54,807 nt of DNA, taken from assembly GCA_048941015.1 (NCBI GenBank), contig JBHLNZ010000015.1:1-54807 (forward strand). The letters run 5' to 3'. This document shows, piece after piece, positions 49,308-54,807 of this stretch (the first letter of the stretch is position 1; each line of letters starts with the position of its first letter). The translations under genes and the position numbers were made by a program. Below the pieces are notes generated by a model. The model had not been told where the DNA came from. It saw only the letters and a list, made by a program, of their open reading frames with translations, and did no database searches. The DNA is from Promethearchaeota archaeon. GTDB taxonomy: Archaea > Asgardarchaeota > Lokiarchaeia > Sigyniarchaeales > SOKP01.

Positions 49308-50186
49308 ATGAATGAAAAGGAAATGATTAAATGCCCTGTATGTGAAGTAAAATTCATTCCTAGAACTTTTTATCCTGAAGAGGCTATTTTTTCTACTCCA
49401 GATGGTAAAAAATTGTCTGGTTTTGATGGTTATATAAGCACTAGTGGCATAAAACCTCCAGAAGTAGTTATAAGTGCTTGGAAGACTTATTGTCCTAATT
49501 GTAATTATATTTTAAGCTTTGTAAAAGAAATTGTAAGAAAAGAGAAGATTTTTGCTCAAACTGTAGCAGGGAAGGAAGTAAAAGAAAAATACAATAGTTA
49601 TTATTATGGGTTCCCATATGGAGATTATTCTCAACATTTAAAAGAAATATCCGAAAAATTAAAAAATGAAATTAATTGTTCCCTTGATGAAATAAATATG
49701 GATATTTGGGAGAACTTATACACAATTAATGATAATTTTAAATTTCTAGTTCGTTTCTATGCTAGTTTAGAGAGCTATTGTGATTCAAAACTTGGAATGG
49801 GCAATGAAAGAGATATGATTGCAAAGATTAAGAAGTTAAATGTTCCAAAAGAAGTTGAATTGATATTATTAGAACTTAATAATGTTAAAGATCAAATTGT
49901 TCAAGGAGATTACGAACTCTCAAAAGAAGATCAACAAAAAATTAATATTATCCTTGTTAAATTTGTATTTTATCTAATTACGAAACATATTCGACCTTTG
50001 ATTAATCAAAAAGTTTTAGATGATGGTTATGAATTTATAAAACTAGAAGATCTTGAAGCAGAAGTAAAGTCATATCTCAGTAATTATTTGTATTCCACAT
50101 TTAATGGATCTACTCAAGCAAAGAAGGAAATAAGATTCTTTTTGGATAAATTTCTAAAAGAACAAATACAAAATCAGTCTAATTAA
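49308..50186 (+). CDS. Hypothetical protein: N-terminal Zn ribbon plus HEPN-like helical domain
   Basis: CPVC...CPNC; VRFYASLE...LNNVKDQIVQGDY. Confidence 0.55.
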   Translation: MNEKEMIKCPVCEVKFIPRTFYPEEAIFSTPDGKKLSGFDGYISTSGIKPPEVVISAWKTYCPNCNYILSFVKEIVRKEKIFAQTVAGKEVKEKYNSYYYGFPYGDYSQHLKEISEKLKNEINCSLDEINMDIWENLYTINDNFKFLVRFYASLESYCDSKLGMGNERDMIAKIKKLNVPKEVELILLELNNVKDQIVQGDYELSKEDQQKINIILVKFVFYLITKHIRPLINQKVLDDGYEFIKLEDLEAEVKSYLSNYLYSTFNGSTQAKKEIRFFLDKFLKEQIQNQSN

Positions 50187-50189
50187 GAT

Positions 50190-52235
50190 TTACTCATCCG
50201 TTTCGAATAAACCTGAGTATGGTTCAATAAAATGATTTTGACACATGGGACAAGAATTATATTTAGAAAGCCAGGCAGCAACACAGAGATAATGATATGT
50301 ACTACCACAAAAAGGGCATGTGATTACTTTATCCTTGGCAAAATTAATATAATTATGACAAACAGTACATTGAACATCTGATAGAGTAACACCCTCACGT
50401 ATTTTAACTTTATTTGAAAGAATCTCTTCCGTTTTTGCTAATTCTACTTGATATAGTCCTAAACTGGATGTAAGTTGATTAATTTTAGCATTTAATTCTA
50501 TGATCCTATCTCTTAACTCATCTTCAGATAATCGTTCCGCTAAAAATGCTGAGAGAGCAAAATTTAAGGGTAATCCTTCATAATTTTCTGTCTGTTTAGT
50601 TATTTCAGTAATTTCTGCAAATAAGATAGATTCTTGATCTATTAAATCTTTAAAACTCTTAAAAACTTTATTTAATAAAACAGTTAATAGAAATGTTAAT
50701 TGCTGCTTTTTCCGATTAAAATTATTTTCCCATTGTTTAATAATTTGGAACAATTCAATGTTATTTGCTTTATATTTATCAAGCTTATTGTAAACTTCTT
50801 CTTTAATGTTCTCTATTTTTCCTTTATACTCTGTTAGAAGTTCTCGAATTTTTTTTAATTGAGGTAATTCTTTCCTTATCAGAATAGAGGTTTGATCTTC
50901 ATATTCACTTATCATTTTATTAACTTCAGAAATTTTTTCATTTATATATCTCCTAACTTCCACTCGTAAACTCTCATCTCTGACACTCTCAAGATAACTT
51001 AAATATTCATTTTTTCTACGATCAATTTCTGAACTTAAACTTGAAATTGTTTTTTTTAAATTTACTGTTATAACCTCAAAGGGTTTTAATAATTTATCAA
51101 GGTTTATTAACCACACTTCTATTTCATCGAATTTAGAAGCAAATAAACCTATTTTATCATAGTGAGAGTATACTATGTCAATGAATTTATCAGTTTTTTC
51201 CTCATCAAGGTCACTGATAATAATTTGAAACTTTTTATCTAAACCTTTAAAATATAAATCAACTAGTTTTGGTAAGAAAATATTAAATTTTTTTTCCATC
51301 AATTTCTTAAGATCTAATTTTTCTTTCTGTTCTTTTTCAAATAATTGAAATTCTTTTTCCAATTCTAAGATTTCTTGAAAATAATCATCTAAATTATCCT
51401 CGATTAGAGACATTACAACCGGACGTAATTTTAACTTCAAATTTTTTATAATCTCTTTTCTTTCAAGAACATTAATAAATTCTTCTTCAACTTCATACAC
51501 ATCGAAGATATCAACTATATATAAAAGATAAATCAGATCTTCGAACGCTTTATTTGACCCCTCTTGTTTGGTTAAGAAATATTGATACAATTCGTCAAAA
51601 TGAAATGATAATGGGATTTCCTTATATAGTTTAATTTTCTTTTTCGTTTTAGCTTCGACTAAACTTTGAATGTAAGTTTCAATTTCTGCTATCTCTTGCC
51701 ACTTTTTCAGTTCATCGGGTATGTTGTTTAACTTAAAATTCAGATTCTTAATTTTATTCGTTTCAATCCATAAATAAATATTATCTTCGTACGTTTTATC
51801 TATCTTTTTCTTATGTTTTTCTAAGTTAGTTGAAAGAAGTTCAGCCTCATTTAAAATAATTTTAGTCTTCGCCAATAAATCGCTGAGAAATTTGTTTTCT
51901 TTTAATAATCTTTTGATATTTCTTCCATTATCACTAACATTTGCTAAATTTTTAGAAATCAAATCTAGTTCTTCTTGTATCTTTGATTTCAAATTAAAAA
52001 AATACTTATCATCTGATTCCGATAATAAAAATTGTTCAATAAAATTTCTTATATCTTTTGTATATTTATCATAATTTTCTAAAATGTCATTTTGGAATTT
52101 TATTTTTAAAAAATCATTTAACGCTTCATTATCTGATTTTAGTTCAGATAATTTATTTTTCATCTGTAAAATTTCTTCTTTTGTGAATCCTTTGATTTCT
52201 CTGATATCATTAAAAGAGTTATTAAATAGGTACAA
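50190..52235 (-). CDS. Long helical/coiled-coil protein with C-terminal C4HC3 RING finger (putative E3 ligase)
   Basis: CTVC...CPFCGSTYHYLCVAAWLSKYNSCPMC. Confidence 0.82.
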   Translation of the reverse strand: MYLFNNSFNDIREIKGFTKEEILQMKNKLSELKSDNEALNDFLKIKFQNDILENYDKYTKDIRNFIEQFLLSESDDKYFFNLKSKIQEELDLISKNLANVSDNGRNIKRLLKENKFLSDLLAKTKIILNEAELLSTNLEKHKKKIDKTYEDNIYLWIETNKIKNLNFKLNNIPDELKKWQEIAEIETYIQSLVEAKTKKKIKLYKEIPLSFHFDELYQYFLTKQEGSNKAFEDLIYLLYIVDIFDVYEVEEEFINVLERKEIIKNLKLKLRPVVMSLIEDNLDDYFQEILELEKEFQLFEKEQKEKLDLKKLMEKKFNIFLPKLVDLYFKGLDKKFQIIISDLDEEKTDKFIDIVYSHYDKIGLFASKFDEIEVWLINLDKLLKPFEVITVNLKKTISSLSSEIDRRKNEYLSYLESVRDESLRVEVRRYINEKISEVNKMISEYEDQTSILIRKELPQLKKIRELLTEYKGKIENIKEEVYNKLDKYKANNIELFQIIKQWENNFNRKKQQLTFLLTVLLNKVFKSFKDLIDQESILFAEITEITKQTENYEGLPLNFALSAFLAERLSEDELRDRIIELNAKINQLTSSLGLYQVELAKTEEILSNKVKIREGVTLSDVQCTVCHNYINFAKDKVITCPFCGSTYHYLCVAAWLSKYNSCPMCQNHFIEPYSGLFETDE

Positions 52236-52405
52236 TGAATTACACCATACTCAACAAGCTTTTTATTACAAGTAATAAAAATATTTTATTCAATAAAATT
52301 TTTAGTAATAAATAACAAATATATTTTAAATCTTAGCCAAAAGAGAAAAGTCTTTTCAAAATATTCTTATATGTTTACTTTATAGATAAAAAAAACGTTA
52401 AGAAT

Positions 52406-53023
52406 TTATTCCCCTAACTCTTTAATTTCGAAACTTTTCTCTTTTGTAGCATTCTTGGTAATGATCAATAAGTCAATACCATTTCCTGACATCGCATCTC
52501 TTGTTATTGAGTTCCGAATTGCTTTTTCAACTAGTTTTTCACCTTGCGCAACTGTCATATCCGGTTTATATTCTGCTTCTAAAATGCCGTAAGAGAAGAG
52601 CATTCCTGTACCAACAGCAGCAAAATCTTCTGGAATTAAAGAGCCAAGAGCATCCAATGTATATAATTTAGGACCATCTTCATCAACTCCTGCTACAACT
52701 AAATTAGTATATAGAGGTGCCATTTTTCGCGAGTAAAGAAAGTTCGAAACTAATTTAGCTAAACTTTGTGTTGTTATACGTTCACCAGCATCTAATTCAT
52801 ATAGATTAGATTGTGCACGAAGTATTCTTACTAAAATCTGAAAATCACCAATCAGTCCATAAGCTGCTAATCCGATATTATCTGTAATTTTGAATACTTT
52901 GCGTGTGTTTTTATTAGTTACTGTATAACCCCATGTAGCCCTTCGGTCACTGCCCAAAACTACTCCGTCCTTACACTTAATAGCGACACTTGCCGCCCCT
53001 GGAACCATAATTTGCTGAGACAT
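52406..53023 (-). CDS. psmB: Proteasome beta subunit lacking the catalytic Thr1
   Basis: PGAASVAIKCKDGVVLGSDRRAT...KVFKI...GLIGDFQ...RDAMSGNGID. Confidence 0.95.
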   Translation of the reverse strand: MSQQIMVPGAASVAIKCKDGVVLGSDRRATWGYTVTNKNTRKVFKITDNIGLAAYGLIGDFQILVRILRAQSNLYELDAGERITTQSLAKLVSNFLYSRKMAPLYTNLVVAGVDEDGPKLYTLDALGSLIPEDFAAVGTGMLFSYGILEAEYKPDMTVAQGEKLVEKAIRNSITRDAMSGNGIDLLIITKNATKEKSFEIKELGE

Positions 53024-53143
53024 AATTTTTCCTTTAGTTGAATTTTTTAACTATTTTATTAGTATAAATAATATAGAATTAATTAAAATTTTTGTTTTAA
53101 ATTATAACATTTTACTGGAAACTTCCAAAAACAAAATACTTTT

Positions 53144-53187
53144 ATGCTCATTATATGACTATAGTTTTTAAAACTACATTTGAGCAT
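53144..53187. repeat. Nested inverted repeat
   Basis: ATGCTCA...TGAGCAT enclosing TAGTTTT-T-AAAACTA. Confidence 0.5.
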
Positions 53188-53280
53188 GTGATTTGTAGAT
53201 TAAAGTCATTGTTTATTCATTATTTCTATTACGACTTATCAATAATGATCATCGCATTAATAATACGTGATTGATATGGG

Positions 53281-53614
53281 ATGAATTTTTTTCCCCTAAA
53301 TTTTTTTTAATTCTCTAGGCTATCATAATAAAACACATCAAAAAGACCAATTGACCATAATTATTATTTGAATAATTACGATACAAACAAAATTAATTCA
53401 AATTTTATAAGTGATCAACCAATTAATGATCATATCTTTCTTGATCACTTACTAGTTTGGGATAATGTTTTTTGATTAAAATTTTTTTAATTCTCCTTTA
53501 AGTTATAGCAAAACTAATCTTAAAGCCCGTTTAATCAAGATTAATCATTGAATAATTTTGACTCTAAAAAAATCAATTCATCTTTTTCGAATGATCAACC
53601 ACTGCATGATCATA
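53281..53614. repeat. Degenerate 180-bp non-coding tandem repeat with phased TGATCA sites
   Basis: 53281-53434 vs 53461-53614 align without gaps at 105/154 identities (hand count). Confidence 0.8.
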
Positions 53615-53815
53615 GATGAATATCCTTTAATTGAAATCAAAATTTTTTGTCGTAATTTTTTATTCGTTTAACTTCCCACTTTCTTCACATTCCTACAAAA
53701 CATTTAAATAACTCTTCGGATATAATATAATCTAAGAAACTCTAAAAATAAACTAAAAATAAATTAAAAACTGAAAAAATAAAAATTTTTCACAAAAAAG
53801 TGGAGGAATGAAATT

Positions 53816-54034
53816 ATGGCTAAAAAGAAACATTCGTTCGCATGGAGCCCAATCAGAAGATTAATGAAACAGCAAGGAGCTTCAATCGTAGCAAGAAATG
53901 CTGTAGATTTATTAATTGATCATCTTGAAAAGACAGCATCTGGATTGACTGAACAAGCAAGAGCTTTCACCATGCATGCCAACCGCAAGAAAATCACCAA
54001 GAACGATTTACTTCTTGCGATTAAATATAAATAA
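53816..54034 (+). CDS. Archaeal histone
   Basis: PIRRLMKQQGASIVARNAV...HANRKKITKNDLLLA histone fold; GGAGG upstream. Confidence 0.95.
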   Translation: MAKKKHSFAWSPIRRLMKQQGASIVARNAVDLLIDHLEKTASGLTEQARAFTMHANRKKITKNDLLLAIKYK

Positions 54035-54071
54035 ACTTAATTAACAGAAGTTTGGGCTCAAACAAGATATA

Positions 54072-54099
54072 ATTTTTAATTTTTTTTCTTTTTTTTTCT
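54072..54099 (+). terminator. Oligo-T terminator of the histone gene
   Basis: Successive T-runs after the histone stop. Confidence 0.5.
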
Positions 54100-54107
54100 C
54101 AATGAAG

Positions 54108-54807
54108 TTATGAAACTTTTTTTCTCATGCTTTTTAATAGAGAATTAATTAAAATGCCTAATAATGCTCCAATGCCAATAATTGAAACTAATGGTATGAT
54201 TATCAAAAAAATATCACGATACGTGCATGATCCATTATTATAAAAGAAGTTATTTTTACAAGCTATTTCCTTAATACAAACATCATTTCCTATAAAAACA
54301 TTACCTGTAATCTTATTAGAATCACTATCAAAAAGATATAGCCCCCATTCATGATTATTTGTAACGGTATTTCTCGAAATAATATTTTTATCGCTATGAG
54401 ATAATTCAATTCCTTTAAACGTATTGTTATCTACTATATTTTCCGAGATAATATTATTATCACTATAAAAGATCCCAATTCCATTTAAATTCTTTTTTAG
54501 TGTATTACCCGAAATAAGATTCTCAACACTATCAAAAAGGAAAATACCATTATGATTATATTCTCCATTATTTTCAGAAATAACATTATAATAACTAGTA
54601 TCCAATCTAATTCCGCAAGAATTATTATTAGCTTTGTTTCTCAAAATATTATTTTTAAAACTCTTTGATAAGTAAATTCCATTAATATTGTTATTTGCTA
54701 TATTTTCCGAAATAGTATTATAATCACTTTGATACAATTTAATCCCATAATGATTATTAAAACTTACATTATTTTCTGTAATGACGTTATTATCTGATTG
54801 AGATAAA
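54108..54807 (-). CDS. NosD/parallel beta-helix surface protein with C-terminal TM (5' end truncated)
   Basis: ~22-aa repeats GIxLxxSxxNxIxxN; the frame stays open from the ORF-track start to the window end. Confidence 0.88.
   Translation of the reverse strand, partial: LSQSDNNVITENNVSFNNHYGIKLYQSDYNTISENIANNNINGIYLSKSFKNNILRNKANNNSCGIRLDTSYYNVISENNGEYNHNGIFLFDSVENLISGNTLKKNLNGIGIFYSDNNIISENIVDNNTFKGIELSHSDKNIISRNTVTNNHEWGLYLFDSDSNKITGNVFIGNDVCIKEIACKNNFFYNNGSCTYRDIFLIIIPLVSIIGIGALLGILINSLLKSMRKKVS

Noticed and set aside
3457-52275. Many short antisense or nested ORFs in the track (e.g. 3457-3708, 6764-7075, 15153-15497, 19862-20329, 21777-22064, 30017-30352, 45300-45983, 51892-52275)
   Set aside because: They lie opposite well-supported genes and have no motifs, so they are treated as shadow ORFs.
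53281-53614. CRISPR array or coding repeat as an explanation of the 180-bp repeat
   Set aside because: No identical 24-48 bp repeats with unique spacers, no cas genes and no open frame.
1-54807. Mobile elements, rRNA, intact tRNA, defence systems
   Set aside because: No transposase or integrase motifs, terminal repeats, or GC-rich structured RNA segments were seen.

Overview
This is an AT-rich chromosomal window from an archaeon, most likely an Asgard archaeon (Lokiarchaeia/Promethearchaeota). The assignment rests on an archaeal histone, TFB, a proteasome beta subunit and archaeal-type ProRS, together with eukaryotic-signature proteins (two-domain gelsolin with Zn ribbon, longin-fold protein, RING-finger protein). 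Most genes are ordinary metabolism and transport. I found no CRISPR array, rRNA, intact tRNA or transposase. Most notable: (1) two apparently unrelated loci (2510-4500 and 41689-44835) share one architecture: a short membrane-anchored surface protein, a tandem paralog with a cytoplasmic extension, and a homologous tandem-wHTH regulator that is fused in one locus and separate in the other. This is a candidate undescribed transmembrane signalling system. (2) A TrmB-like regulator is split by ~500 aa of coiled coil with a basic/aromatic motif at its midpoint. (3) A gapless, degenerate 180-bp non-coding tandem repeat with 15-bp-phased TGATCA sites lies upstream of the histone gene. (4) A coiled-coil-RING gene, a Thr1-less proteasome beta gene and the histone gene are neighbours. 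All family calls come from motif recognition by eye; no searches were run.
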